Assembly: GCA_044342185.1 (NCBI GenBank)
Contig: JBIIQG010000001.1
Span: 70,020 to 134,019, forward strand
Source of the DNA: Ilumatobacteraceae bacterium
Lineage (GTDB): Bacteria; Actinomycetota; Acidimicrobiia; Acidimicrobiales; Ilumatobacteraceae
Direction of reading: 5' to 3'
Length of the DNA stretch: 64,000 nucleotides
Shown here: in pieces, positions 53,520 through 63,593 of the stretch
Layout: every line of letters starts with the position of its first letter
Numbering within the stretch: the first letter of the stretch is position 1
Program-made: the position numbers and the translations under genes
The notes under the pieces: model-generated
The model's input: only the letters and a program-made list of their open reading frames with translations
Told to the model about the DNA's origin: nothing
The model's database searches: none

Positions 53520-55796
53520 GTGCTGCGCAAACTCGCCACATTTGCCGTTCGTCGTAAGAAAACCATGGTTCTTGGAATCTGGCTTCCCTTCGTCATTCTC
53601 ATCTCAATCGCAAGCTCTTCACTTGGAGACGCCTTTCGAACCGAAATGGAATTGCCAAATAGCGATGCTCGCGACGCACAGGAAATGATCTCGCGCGTCA
53701 GCCCCAGCGATGGTGGCGAAAGTAGTCAGATTGTCTTCAAGACCACAGGGTCAATTGATGACCCAGAGACAAAGGAAGCAATCACCTCTGCACTCACAGC
53801 AGTTGCAGAGATTCCACGTTTGCGCGTGTTGAGCCCATACGAAGTTCCCACTCAGGCCAACCAGAATCGCACGATTGCGTTTGCTCAAGTGACAACACCA
53901 GAAAACATGTCCATGCAGGAAATGGAAGTTGTTGCAAAGGACATCAAGAAGGTAACTGAATCACTTCGTACAACAGATGGCATCACCGTTGAATACGGTG
54001 GTCAACTCTTCCGCGTGTTTGAGATGCCAGAGAGCGAAGCGCTCGGTCTTCTCGCCGCCGTCATCATCTTGGTGCTTGCTTTTGGTTCTGTCATTGCCAT
54101 GGGTCTTCCCATTGGTATTGCGCTTCTCGGTCTTGCAGCGGCATCAGGAATTGTGATGATCGTCAGCAATCTCATGTCCATGCCTAGCGAAGCAACGTCC
54201 ATGGTGGCCATGATTGGCCTCGGCGTAGGTATTGACTACGCGCTCTTCATCGTGACGCGATACCGCGAAGCACTTCACGACGGAATGTCGGTGGAAGATT
54301 CGATTGTTGAAGCGATTGACACATCGGGACGTGCAGTGCTGTTCGCGGGCATCACGGTCGTTGTGGCTCTTCTCGGGTTGTTGTCCATTGGGCTTGCTTT
54401 CGTCAGTGGATTCTCCGTTGCTATGGCAATTGGCGTTGCCGTCATGATGATTGCGTCCGTCACGTTGCTTCCGGCACTGCTCGCCATGGTTGGTCATCGC
54501 ATTGACAACACGTCACGTGCTGCTGTTCTCTCCCTCGCAATTGCGGTGTTCAGCGCGATGATCGCCATCTTCACGCACACCGCGGCCATTGTGCTCGCGG
54601 GTGTAATTGTGGCAATTGCAGTGCAAATACTGCGTTTCTTCATTGCGTCACTGCGTGCACCATTGCCCCATCGCGCTCAGAACAACCACCAACATTCGGT
54701 GTGGTGGCGATGGAGTCGCGTTATTCAGCGTCGCCCATGGACATCACTCATCGGTTCGGTGGTGTTACTTGGCGTGATGTCTGCACCTATGTTCTCGCTG
54801 CGCCTGGGCTTTAGCGACAACGGAAACGCAGACAAGTCCACCGATGTGCGTCGTGCATACGACCTCATCAGCGAAGGCTTTGGTCCAGGGTTCAATGGCC
54901 CGCTGTATATCTCTGTTGGCGGAAACACACCGAGCGACCCTGCTGCAATGAACCAGTTCGCAGCAACAATCTCTCAAGCAGAAGGAATTGCAGCAGCAGT
55001 TCCCGTGCCACTTCCAAGTGATGAAGTTGGATTGGTTATTGCGTACCCCACAACTTCACCACAAGACGAAGCCACATCAGACCTCGTACACCGATTACGT
55101 TCCGATGTCATTCCTGCAACAAATGTTGACGCAAAAGTGGGAGGATTCACCGCCGGCGGAATTGACTTCTCTGACTACTTGTCGCAACGACTTCCATGGC
55201 TCATCGGAATTGTGTTGGTGTTGTCATTCATTCTCTTAATGGCGGTCTTCCGCAGCATTCTCGTTCCACTCAAAGCAGTGCTTATGAACTTGCTGTCGGT
55301 CGGTGCGGCATACGGCGTGGTTGTTGCGGTGTTCCAGTGGGGCTGGGCTGGTGACTTTTTCGGAATCGGCAAACCAGGTCCAGTGGAAGCGTGGGCTCCC
55401 ATGTTCTTGTTCGCCATCGTGTTCGGCTTGTCCATGGACTACGAAGTGTTCTTGCTGTCGCGTATGAAAGAGGAGTACCACCGCACCGGCGACAACGCCA
55501 CCGCAGTTGCCGACGGCGTGGCCGCAACTGCACGCGTGATCACTGCTGCTGCACTCATCATGGTGTGCGTTTTCGCTGCATTCGTTCTGGCTCCGGACCG
55601 TCAACTGAAGCTCTTCGGAATGGGCATGGCCGTGGCCGTCTTCATCGACGCCACCGTGGTGCGAATGTTGCTCGTGCCCGCCACCATGGAACTGCTGGGG
55701 GACCGCAACTGGTGGATTCCAAAATGGCTGGATCGGGTGCTTCCCCGTATCGATGTGGAAGGAACCCACCACGTCCATGTGGAGCCCAAACCCTAG
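53520..55796 (+). CDS. MMPL family RND-type transporter
   Basis: Two repeats of one TM + extracytoplasmic domain + five TM. GVGIDYALFIVTRYRE and FGLSMDYEVFLLSRMKEE motifs. GTG 53520 chosen because the upstream part of the track ORF is antisense to rsgA. Confidence 0.85.
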   Translation: MLRKLATFAVRRKKTMVLGIWLPFVILISIASSSLGDAFRTEMELPNSDARDAQEMISRVSPSDGGESSQIVFKTTGSIDDPETKEAITSALTAVAEIPRLRVLSPYEVPTQANQNRTIAFAQVTTPENMSMQEMEVVAKDIKKVTESLRTTDGITVEYGGQLFRVFEMPESEALGLLAAVIILVLAFGSVIAMGLPIGIALLGLAAASGIVMIVSNLMSMPSEATSMVAMIGLGVGIDYALFIVTRYREALHDGMSVEDSIVEAIDTSGRAVLFAGITVVVALLGLLSIGLAFVSGFSVAMAIGVAVMMIASVTLLPALLAMVGHRIDNTSRAAVLSLAIAVFSAMIAIFTHTAAIVLAGVIVAIAVQILRFFIASLRAPLPHRAQNNHQHSVWWRWSRVIQRRPWTSLIGSVVLLGVMSAPMFSLRLGFSDNGNADKSTDVRRAYDLISEGFGPGFNGPLYISVGGNTPSDPAAMNQFAATISQAEGIAAAVPVPLPSDEVGLVIAYPTTSPQDEATSDLVHRLRSDVIPATNVDAKVGGFTAGGIDFSDYLSQRLPWLIGIVLVLSFILLMAVFRSILVPLKAVLMNLLSVGAAYGVVVAVFQWGWAGDFFGIGKPGPVEAWAPMFLFAIVFGLSMDYEVFLLSRMKEEYHRTGDNATAVADGVAATARVITAAALIMVCVFAAFVLAPDRQLKLFGMGMAVAVFIDATVVRMLLVPATMELLGDRNWWIPKWLDRVLPRIDVEGTHHVHVEPKP

Positions 55797-55862
55797 TGCT
55801 GTAAGGGTTTCAGGGTTCTGCCTTGACAAGGCAGGGTCAAATCACATAGCGATGAAAAAGGT

Positions 55863-58541
55863 ATGCCCAAGTCATTAGTCATCGTTGAGTCCCCCGCCAA
55901 GGCCAAAACCATCTCCCAATACCTCGGTCCGGACTTTGATGTTCGCCCCTCGGTGGGCCACATTGCAGACCTTCCTAGCAAGGGTCTCGCGGTGGATGTG
56001 GAGAACGGTTTCAAGCCTTCCTACGAGCTCACCGAGCGTGGACGCACAGTAGTGAAGGAACTGAAAGCCGCACTGAAAGATGCCACTGCGCTGTATCTGG
56101 CAACGGACGAAGACCGCGAAGGCGAAGCTATTTCTTGGCACTTGTTGGAACAATTGAAGCCAAAGGTACCCGTGCATCGCATGGTGTTCCACGAGATCAA
56201 CGCCAAGTCCATTCGTGAAGCAGTGGAGAATCCACGCGATCTTGATTACGGACTTGTGGACGCCGCAGAGGCGCGTCGAATTCTTGACCGCTTATATGGC
56301 TACGAAGTGTCACCCGTTTTGTGGCGACGTGTCAACCGTGGTCTTTCTGCAGGTCGCGTACAAAGCCCGGCGTTGCGACTTGTTGTTGAGCGTGAGCGCG
56401 AGCGAATTCTGTTCCGTGCTGCCGACTACTTCTCGCTGGAAGCCGTTACCTCTACTACTCCGTCATTCACAGCCAAGTTGGTGTCGGTCAACGGTCAGCG
56501 CGTTGCAACGGGCAAAGACTTCACCGAGCTTGGCGTACCCAATGGCGACGTGCTTGTCATTACAACAGCACTAGGAACCGAATTGGCTAATGGCCTTGCC
56601 GGAACAGATCTTCTGGTTCGCAAAGTAGATACCAAGCCATACCGTTCGTCACCAAAGCCACCGTTCACTACCAGCACACTGCAACAAGAGGCTGGCCGCA
56701 AGTTGCGGTTGTCGGGTCGACAAGTCATGAGCATTGCGCAGGGTCTGTACGAGCGCGGATTCATTACGTATATGCGTACCGACTCAGTCACGTTGTCCGA
56801 TGAGGCAATTGGCGAAATTCGTTCGTACGTGCAACGCGATTACGGAAACGACTTCGTGCCGCAGAATGGACCACGTAAGTACCAAACCAAGGTGAAGAAC
56901 GCACAGGAAGCACACGAAGCAATTCGTCCGGCCCTCCCCTTGCGTTCACCCGACAGCCTCGCTAGTGAACTGCGCGGACAAGACCTCAGCGTGTACCGCC
57001 TTATTTGGCAGCGCACACTTGCATCACAAATGGCCGACACCATCGGTTCAACAACAAGTGTTCGTTTAGGCGCAACTGCAGCCAACAACGATCGAAGCGA
57101 CTGCGAATTCTCTGCAAGCGGAACAACAATTACGTTCCCTGGCTATCGCGCTGCGTACGAAGAGTCTCGCGATGAAGACGAAACCGAGAGTGACGACGAG
57201 AAGTCACTGTTGCTTCCCGTTCTCGCAGAAGGAAACAGTGTCCCAGTATCGGAATACACGTCTACATCGCACTCCACATCGCCACCACCGCGCTACACCG
57301 AAGCGTCATTAGTGAAAGAACTTGAAGCAAAGGGAATCGGACGCCCGTCGACGTGGGCTTCCATTATCTCCACCATGGTGGATCGTGGCCATTACTTATG
57401 GAAGAAGGGAACATCTCTTGTTCCCACATGGACAGCGTTCTCTGTTGTGAAGTTGATGGAGAACAATTTCAACTCACTTGTTGACTACGAATTCACAGCC
57501 GACCTCGACGCCGACCTCGACGCCATTGCGCGCGGTGAGTTGAACAAGAAGGACTGGCTGCAAGAGTTCTACTTCGGTGGCGAACACGAGCCAGGTTTGC
57601 GCAACATTGTCACCAGCAACTTGGACACCATCGATGCAGCCGAACTAAACACGTTCCCGTTGGGCACACACCCCGACACAGGCGAAGACGTTGTGGTGAA
57701 GCCCGGCTTATACGGACCATACGTTCGAAGCGGCGAAGTCACAGCAAGTGTTCCCGACACCATGACGCCAGACGAGTTGACATGCGACGCCGCTGTTGCA
57801 TTGCTGAAAGCCCCGAAGGGCGACACCCCAATTGGCGAGCACGATGGTTTCCCTGTGTTCGTAAAGTCTGGTCGTTACGGCCCGTACGTGCAGTGGGGCA
57901 CTATGGACGAACCACCAACTGGTTTAGAAAAGCCAAAGATGGCGTCTTTGTTCAAGACAATGAATGTTGATCGCATGACATTGCAAGATTGTTTGGACTT
58001 GTTGTCATTGCCGCGCGTTGTGGGTGCAGACCCAACCGACGGTGAACTCATCACTGCCCAAAACGGTCGTTACGGCCCATACGTTGCAAAGGGCAAAGAG
58101 AGTCGTTCGCTACAAACAGAAGAACAGCTGTTGACGGTGTCTTTGGAAGAAGCACTTGCTCTTCTTGCAACTCCACGTACGTTTGGCCGTGGTCGTGCTG
58201 CAGCGAAGCCACCGCTGCGAGAGTTCGGAAACGACCCGGTCAGCAGCAAACCAGTTGTTGGAAAAGAAGGACGTTTTGGTGATTACGTCACCGATGGCGA
58301 GACAAATGCGGGACTCACTCGTGGTGACCGTATGGAGGCCATGACGAACGAACGTGCGTACGAGTTGTTGCAACTTCGTCGCGAGTACATCGAAGCAAAC
58401 GGTGGGCCGAAGAAGAAGTCGGGCGCTCGTAAAGCTCCTGCGAAGAAGGCTGCGGCAAAGAAGGCACCAGCGAAGAAGAAGGCACCGGCCAAAAAGGCTG
58501 CAGCAAAGAAGAAAGCTGCGCCAAAGGCAGACGACGAGTGA
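55863..58541 (+). CDS. topA: DNA topoisomerase I
   Basis: Toprim start LVIVESPAKAKTI, active-site GFITYMRTDS, C-terminal Lys/Ala-rich tail typical of actinobacterial TopA. Confidence 0.95.
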   Translation: MPKSLVIVESPAKAKTISQYLGPDFDVRPSVGHIADLPSKGLAVDVENGFKPSYELTERGRTVVKELKAALKDATALYLATDEDREGEAISWHLLEQLKPKVPVHRMVFHEINAKSIREAVENPRDLDYGLVDAAEARRILDRLYGYEVSPVLWRRVNRGLSAGRVQSPALRLVVERERERILFRAADYFSLEAVTSTTPSFTAKLVSVNGQRVATGKDFTELGVPNGDVLVITTALGTELANGLAGTDLLVRKVDTKPYRSSPKPPFTTSTLQQEAGRKLRLSGRQVMSIAQGLYERGFITYMRTDSVTLSDEAIGEIRSYVQRDYGNDFVPQNGPRKYQTKVKNAQEAHEAIRPALPLRSPDSLASELRGQDLSVYRLIWQRTLASQMADTIGSTTSVRLGATAANNDRSDCEFSASGTTITFPGYRAAYEESRDEDETESDDEKSLLLPVLAEGNSVPVSEYTSTSHSTSPPPRYTEASLVKELEAKGIGRPSTWASIISTMVDRGHYLWKKGTSLVPTWTAFSVVKLMENNFNSLVDYEFTADLDADLDAIARGELNKKDWLQEFYFGGEHEPGLRNIVTSNLDTIDAAELNTFPLGTHPDTGEDVVVKPGLYGPYVRSGEVTASVPDTMTPDELTCDAAVALLKAPKGDTPIGEHDGFPVFVKSGRYGPYVQWGTMDEPPTGLEKPKMASLFKTMNVDRMTLQDCLDLLSLPRVVGADPTDGELITAQNGRYGPYVAKGKESRSLQTEEQLLTVSLEEALALLATPRTFGRGRAAAKPPLREFGNDPVSSKPVVGKEGRFGDYVTDGETNAGLTRGDRMEAMTNERAYELLQLRREYIEANGGPKKKSGARKAPAKKAAAKKAPAKKKAPAKKAAAKKKAAPKADDE

Positions 58542-59146
58542 CAACTCCGGCCTACATCGCGCTCGAAGGACTTGAGGGATGCGGAAAGAGCACGCACACA
58601 AAGCGGCTTGGAGAACATCTGAACGCAGTCATCACACGTGAACCAGGTGGCACACGTATTGGTTCGCTGTTGCGCGCAATTTTGGCCGATACGGAAAACA
58701 CCGACCTAGACCGACGTACCGAAGCGCTGTTAATGGCAGCCGATCGTGCTCAACACATGGCTGAAATTATTCAGCCAGCACTGACTCGCGGACAACATGT
58801 GGTGAGTGATCGATCCATTTATTCAACCCTCGCCTACCAGGGCTACGGCCGCCAGTTGGGAACCGATGCTTTGTTGTCCATCTCCACGTGGGCTCTCAAC
58901 AATCGCCTTCCCGACATGGTCATCTATATAGATGTGCCCACCGACATTCTGAATGAACGTTTGGCCAAGCGCGACCTAGACCGCTTTGAGCGCGAAGGGC
59001 CCGAGTTCTTTGCCCGAATCGCTCAAGGATTCACCGAATTACGCAACGCCGACCCTGCTCGATGGATCGTTATTGACGGCACTATGTCAAAAGACGACGT
59101 AGAAGCCGACATTCGCACCAAGGTGCTCGACAGACTCGGTGAGTAG
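58538..59146 (+). CDS. tmk: dTMP (thymidylate) kinase
   Basis: IALEGLEGCGKST P-loop and DRSIYSTLAYQG. GTGA overlap with the topA stop. Confidence 0.9.
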   Translation: MTTPAYIALEGLEGCGKSTHTKRLGEHLNAVITREPGGTRIGSLLRAILADTENTDLDRRTEALLMAADRAQHMAEIIQPALTRGQHVVSDRSIYSTLAYQGYGRQLGTDALLSISTWALNNRLPDMVIYIDVPTDILNERLAKRDLDRFEREGPEFFARIAQGFTELRNADPARWIVIDGTMSKDDVEADIRTKVLDRLGE

Positions 59147-60248
59147 TCTCAACACCGTGACATCGGTGTGGGATTTTGTTCTTGGCCAAGACCGCGCAGT
59201 GCAGCACTTGCGCCGCGCCGTCGAGCAGCCCGTCCATGCTTATTTGTTTGTCGGTCCGGAAGGGTGTGGCTCTTCCGAAGCGGCACGTGCCTTCGCCGGT
59301 GTGTTGCTGTCCAACTCCGATGATTCCTCTGACCGCATTAACGACATGGCGTGGCGTGGCACACACCCCGACATTCACGAAGTAAAACGTGAAGGCGCGT
59401 CCATTCTGAAAGACCAGGCGGAAGAGGTCATCAAGATTGCTTCCACCACACCAACAGAAGGTGCACGCAAAGTCATCATCATGCACGAGGTGCATCTCAT
59501 GCAGCCCGCCGCCATTGTGCGGTTGCTGAAAACTCTTGAAGAACCGCCTGCTGGTGTGTTCTTCATCATGCTGGCCGAACAAGTCGACGACTCACTTGTC
59601 ACTATTGCGTCCCGTTGCATCAGCATTCACTTTGGTCCACTTGATAATTCAGTTATCTCATCCATTCTTCAAAATGAAGGTGTTGCTGCCGATGTTGCAG
59701 ATGCTGCAGCAAAGTCTTCTCACGGAAGCTTGACTCGTGGTCGATTGTTGGCAAATGACAAACAACTTTCGCATCGTCGAGATTTCTTTGCCAACATCCC
59801 GCGTCGTATTGACGGAACTGGTGCAACTGTCGCAGCCATTGTTGAACAAATTCTCGGACTCATTGACGATTCCACCGAACCATTAACGCAACGGCACGAG
59901 CAAGAAGCCGCCGACATTGAAAAGACGTTGGTGTTAATGGGTGTGAAGCGTGGTGGCAAGAAGCAACTAGAAGAGAATCACAAGCGAGAGATTCGTCGTC
60001 ACCGAACAGACGAGCTTCGCGCAGGCCTCACCGAAGTTGCCGGTGTCTACCGTGATGAACTTGTGCGCAATGCACACCTGTTGCACCCCGATGCCTACAC
60101 CACGGCCATCACTCGTTTACACGAAGCCATGCGTCGTTTAGGTTTGAATGTGAACGAGGCAATTTTGTTGCGCGATCTAATCTGGTCGCTCCCCTCACCT
60201 GCAGCTGATGCAGCGCTGCAATTCGTACTAGCGGAGAATGCCGAATGA
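59139..60248 (+). CDS. holB: DNA polymerase III subunit delta'
   Basis: HAYLFVGPEGCGSSEAARAFA and LLKTLEEPP clamp-loader motifs. Conserved tmk-holB order. Confidence 0.8.
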   Translation: MSSLNTVTSVWDFVLGQDRAVQHLRRAVEQPVHAYLFVGPEGCGSSEAARAFAGVLLSNSDDSSDRINDMAWRGTHPDIHEVKREGASILKDQAEEVIKIASTTPTEGARKVIIMHEVHLMQPAAIVRLLKTLEEPPAGVFFIMLAEQVDDSLVTIASRCISIHFGPLDNSVISSILQNEGVAADVADAAAKSSHGSLTRGRLLANDKQLSHRRDFFANIPRRIDGTGATVAAIVEQILGLIDDSTEPLTQRHEQEAADIEKTLVLMGVKRGGKKQLEENHKREIRRHRTDELRAGLTEVAGVYRDELVRNAHLLHPDAYTTAITRLHEAMRRLGLNVNEAILLRDLIWSLPSPAADAALQFVLAENAE

Positions 60249-60667
60249 ACACACAGTTTTGGAATCGCGTTGCAGTTGTGATGGGACTGTTCATTGGGTT
60301 TGCCGGTGTGATGCACTTTGCATCGCCGGAATTTTTCAACGACATTGTTCCACCCTGGCTTCCGCCTAGTGAAGCGTTTTGGACATACATAAGTGGTGCT
60401 GCCGAACTTGTGATCGCGTACTTGCTGCTTCGATCGTCAACGCGTCGAACTGGTGCGCTTGCGGCGGTGTGGTTGTACATCGCGGTGTATCCGGCCAACT
60501 TGTACATGGCGTGGGACTGGCGCGACAAGCCATTCAGTGACCAAGTGGTCTCGTATGGTCGCTTGCCATTTCAATTCCTCTTTATTTGGTTGGCGTGGAA
60601 GATTGCGCAGGCGCAACAGGATTCAGACAGACCAATGGCACCCGGCGACGTGTCTCTTCGTGGGTGA
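60245..60667 (+). CDS. small membrane protein (DoxX-like)
   Basis: 140 aa, 4 TM. Overlaps the holB stop by 4 nt. Confidence 0.5.
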   Translation: MNTQFWNRVAVVMGLFIGFAGVMHFASPEFFNDIVPPWLPPSEAFWTYISGAAELVIAYLLLRSSTRRTGALAAVWLYIAVYPANLYMAWDWRDKPFSDQVVSYGRLPFQFLFIWLAWKIAQAQQDSDRPMAPGDVSLRG

Positions 60668-60703
60668 CCACGCCGTTCGGTCGGTAAAGTTAAAGACCTA
60701 CCC

Positions 60704-60779
60704 GCCCAGGTAGCTCAGTCGGTAGAGCAACGCACTCGTAATGCGTAGGTCGTGAGTTCGATTCTCATCTTGGGCTCCA
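60704..60779 (+). tRNA. tRNA-Thr (anticodon CGU), CCA encoded
   Basis: Cloverleaf folded by hand: acceptor GCCCAGG/CTTGGGC, D arm GCTC-AGTCGGTA-GAGC, anticodon arm ACGCA-CTCGTAA-TGCGT, T arm GTGAG-TTCGATT-CTCAT, discriminator T, CCA. Confidence 0.9.
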
Positions 60780-60884
60780 TATTTGGCTAAATACAACCCC
60801 ACACAACATTCATTTATGGTGCTTGAAAGAATGAACAGGGCCACTCGAAACGGCATGTATTATCGAGCGTAAGGGGGGTAGCAA

Positions 60885-61244
60885 ATGTCTACAGAAGAAG
60901 AACTCAAGTGGATGACCAAGCGGTATTCGTGGAGGTACATCCCATTCCGATACCAGGCCATGGTGGCCACAGTCGTTTCCGGATTTCTCTATTTCAATAT
61001 CTTCACAGCCATCTTCCGCTCAGAGAATGGGGCAGGTGGTGCATGTGGGTCACTGTTAAGGCCTGTGACGGAAGATGGTGACGTGAATTGGTTTTCCTTT
61101 GATCTCTTTGCAAGAAACGATGATTTGAACTGCTCTCGTTATATGCAGGTTCGCGCATGGGAATTGGTTGCGTCATTTGCCGCCCTTGCTATCTGCGGTC
61201 TCGTGATGCGTCGCGCAATCAAACGAGAAGCCGCCAGCGCATAA
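60885..61244 (+). CDS. hypothetical 2-TM membrane protein
   Basis: 119 aa. Strong SD AAGGGGGG upstream of the ATG. No recognisable family. Confidence 0.5.
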   Translation: MSTEEELKWMTKRYSWRYIPFRYQAMVATVVSGFLYFNIFTAIFRSENGAGGACGSLLRPVTEDGDVNWFSFDLFARNDDLNCSRYMQVRAWELVASFAALAICGLVMRRAIKREAASA

Positions 61245-61403
61245 CGCCTTTGCCGAAGCACATTGCAGCAGGTCTCTACCGTTTGGAATGGCTAGTTCAG
61301 AGCCGCAGGTACGACACTCCAGACTGAGTTGGCATGGCTCTTGTAACTGAGAAACGTTTCTCCGAGATTCTTAATTCAATGAGAGCCCGTTAGTTTCCAT
61401 ACT

Positions 61404-62237
61404 GTGAAACACCTTGCTGGACTCGTGGTCGTCATTGCACTCTTGGGTGCATGCTCCACAACGTCGGCAAACACTCAAACCGCGCCTCCACTCGTTCTTG
61501 CTACAACCACAGACGCTGTCGCCACCACAACTAGTGCTCCACTTCTCAATCCGGCATCGGGAGAGATGGCCATCACGTGTGATTCAAAAGCCGTGAGTGC
61601 GCTGTACGGAGAAAAGGTCAAACTTGAAAAGTGCACCACAACGTGGGCATACGGAGATACAGACCGTGATTCGTGGAACTGCCCCGATACGGGATGCTCC
61701 CATACTCGCCTATTTCATTTAGAGAACAACATCTGGGTCAACACGGCGTCATGTCAACGAACTCTTCCTCTCACTCGTTACACAATGAGTTGCTACATCC
61801 CCAATGTTGGTGCCGCCACGTTGGCGCAACTTCCACCAAGCGATGTTGCATGTCTCATCTGGCCCGCAAATACATTTTTGAAATACACAGCAGAAACTGG
61901 GTGCACGCCGTCAAAGACTGACATTGTCGCTCAAATGAATGGTGCCTGCACCGGCTACTACGACGCAGTGGAGTTTCCTATTGAGAAGTGTGATCGAGGT
62001 CGCGCTGTTCGCCTCATGCAAGAACGATTGAAGAAAGCCGGATACAACACCAACGTTGATGGGTACTTCGGCCCAAGCATGGCAAAGGCCGTGTATGACT
62101 TCCAGGGAACAGCAAAACTTCAACAAACTGGAATGATTGACCAAGCAACTTGGCTGGCACTGGAACCAAACCAATCGTCACTTCCTGGTACCGACGCAAA
62201 CGCTGACGGAGTTGTTGGGCCGAACGAACTGAAATAG
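61404..62237 (+). CDS. lipoprotein with Cys-rich N-domain, peptidoglycan-binding (PG_binding_1) domain and C-terminal EF-hand-like loop
   Basis: Lipobox LLGACS. GRAVRLMQERLKKAGYNTNVDGYFGPSMAKAVYDFQ PG-binding repeat. Terminal DANADGVVGPNE fits DxNxDGxVxxxE. Confidence 0.7.
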   Translation: MKHLAGLVVVIALLGACSTTSANTQTAPPLVLATTTDAVATTTSAPLLNPASGEMAITCDSKAVSALYGEKVKLEKCTTTWAYGDTDRDSWNCPDTGCSHTRLFHLENNIWVNTASCQRTLPLTRYTMSCYIPNVGAATLAQLPPSDVACLIWPANTFLKYTAETGCTPSKTDIVAQMNGACTGYYDAVEFPIEKCDRGRAVRLMQERLKKAGYNTNVDGYFGPSMAKAVYDFQGTAKLQQTGMIDQATWLALEPNQSSLPGTDANADGVVGPNELK

Positions 62238-62359
62238 CGGTACGTTCATCCTTCGCAACAGATGCACACCATTTATATGGTGATGTCATCGCGCCATCAC
62301 ATCATTCCACCGACACATTCAATCGAGTTCTCGGTCTCTCCCATGTCACTGCAAGTGGA

Positions 62360-63589
62360 GTGGGTGTCATCATTGGTGCGGGCATCTACATCTTGATTGG
62401 CCCTGCAACAGAGCGCGCAGGTGGTCTCGTATGGCTATCGCTGCTCACTGCATCAGCACTGTGCGCATTGACTGCTTTCAGTTACATGGAACTCACCAGC
62501 ATGTTCCCGAAAGCGGGTTCTGAACATGAATTCGCGCGACAGGTCTTCCCCGATTGGGTCGCATTCACCACTGGTTGGTCAATGGCAGTAGCACTTGTTG
62601 TTGCGTCAGCAGCTGTTGCGTTGGGCTTTGGGGAGTATTTGTCAGAGTTTGTTTCACTCGATGAGCGACTTGGTGCTCTCATTCTTTTTGCAGCAGTTGC
62701 AACTGTGGCTCTTAGTGGAATGCGGCACGCAAAGTGGTTGGTGCTTGTCCTCAGTACCGTTCAAGTAGGTGGGCTTCTACTAATAGTTGGCGTCGGTGCT
62801 CATCACATTGGAGATGTCAGCCTGACAACCGGCAACGGATTCTCGGGTGTTCTCGGTGGTGCATCGGTCATCTTCTTCGCATACATCGGTTTCGATGAAG
62901 TCATCACATTGGCCGAAGAAACAAAAGACCCGCACCGCACAGTTCCACGCGCGCTTATGTTGGCTCTGGTGATTTCAACTCTGCTGTATGTGCTTGTTGC
63001 AATCGTTGCGGTCAGCGTCTTGGGTACCTCAACACTCGCTTCGTCCGACCAACCGCTCACAGCGGTGATGCGTGATGCTGTGGGTTCATCTGCTGCACGC
63101 GTGATTGGCGTGATTGCTTTAGCCACCACAGCAAACACCACGTTGCTCGCAAGCACTGCTGCATCACGAATGATCTACAGCATGGGAAACACCGGTCAAC
63201 TTCCCGGCAGGTGGGCAGTAGTGCATGAACGAAGTTCTCCCCGTCTTGCCACCGCAGCAGTGATTGGTAGTTCTGCCATTCTTGCGATAGTGGGCGGGTT
63301 GTCACTTCTTGCAGAAGCGGCAAATGCATTGGTGTACGTCATGTTCTTGGTGGTGAATGTGGTGGTCATCATGCTTCGCATTCAACGACCGGATGCATCG
63401 CGGCCCTTCAAGATTGCAGGAACCATCAAAGAAGTTCCTGTGTTACCCATACTTGGAATCATTGCCACCGTGGCCATGTCGGCACAGCTTGAACTGCGCC
63501 CCGTGCTCGTAGCACTTGCATTACTTGCATCGGGGACAACTCTTCACCTCATCGGACAACGTTTTTCAGGTACCCATACGCCACAATGA
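62360..63589 (+). CDS. APC superfamily amino-acid permease (5' end unresolved)
   Basis: GVIIGAGIYILIG TM1 motif, about 12 TM. Homologous-looking sequence (TFNRVLGLSHVTASG) continues upstream of the first canonical start. See findings. Confidence 0.8.
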   Translation: MGVIIGAGIYILIGPATERAGGLVWLSLLTASALCALTAFSYMELTSMFPKAGSEHEFARQVFPDWVAFTTGWSMAVALVVASAAVALGFGEYLSEFVSLDERLGALILFAAVATVALSGMRHAKWLVLVLSTVQVGGLLLIVGVGAHHIGDVSLTTGNGFSGVLGGASVIFFAYIGFDEVITLAEETKDPHRTVPRALMLALVISTLLYVLVAIVAVSVLGTSTLASSDQPLTAVMRDAVGSSAARVIGVIALATTANTTLLASTAASRMIYSMGNTGQLPGRWAVVHERSSPRLATAAVIGSSAILAIVGGLSLLAEAANALVYVMFLVVNVVVIMLRIQRPDASRPFKIAGTIKEVPVLPILGIIATVAMSAQLELRPVLVALALLASGTTLHLIGQRFSGTHTPQ

Positions 63590-63593
63590 AGTA

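Noticed and set aside
55818-55834. Inverted repeat CTGCCTT-GAC-AAGGCAG containing TTGACA upstream of topA, considered as a promoter -35 or the MMPL terminator
   Set aside because: I could not find a convincing -10 (TANNNT) at 16-19 nt spacing. The stem is short (7 bp) with no U-tract, so the evidence is too weak to call.
58283-58618. Minus-strand ORFs (111 aa and others) and AAG/GCN-rich periodic sequence at the topA 3' end
   Set aside because: They are antisense or alternative-frame readings of the Lys/Ala-rich C-terminal tail (KKAAAKKAPAKKKAPAKKAAAKKK). That tail is a known feature of actinobacterial TopA. This is not a repeat element or a CRISPR array.
60704-62360. Possible integrated mobile element at tRNA-Thr
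   Set aside because: No integrase, excisionase or transposase ORF is present. I could not find a direct repeat of the tRNA 3' end by eye. Only a weak islet hypothesis is retained.
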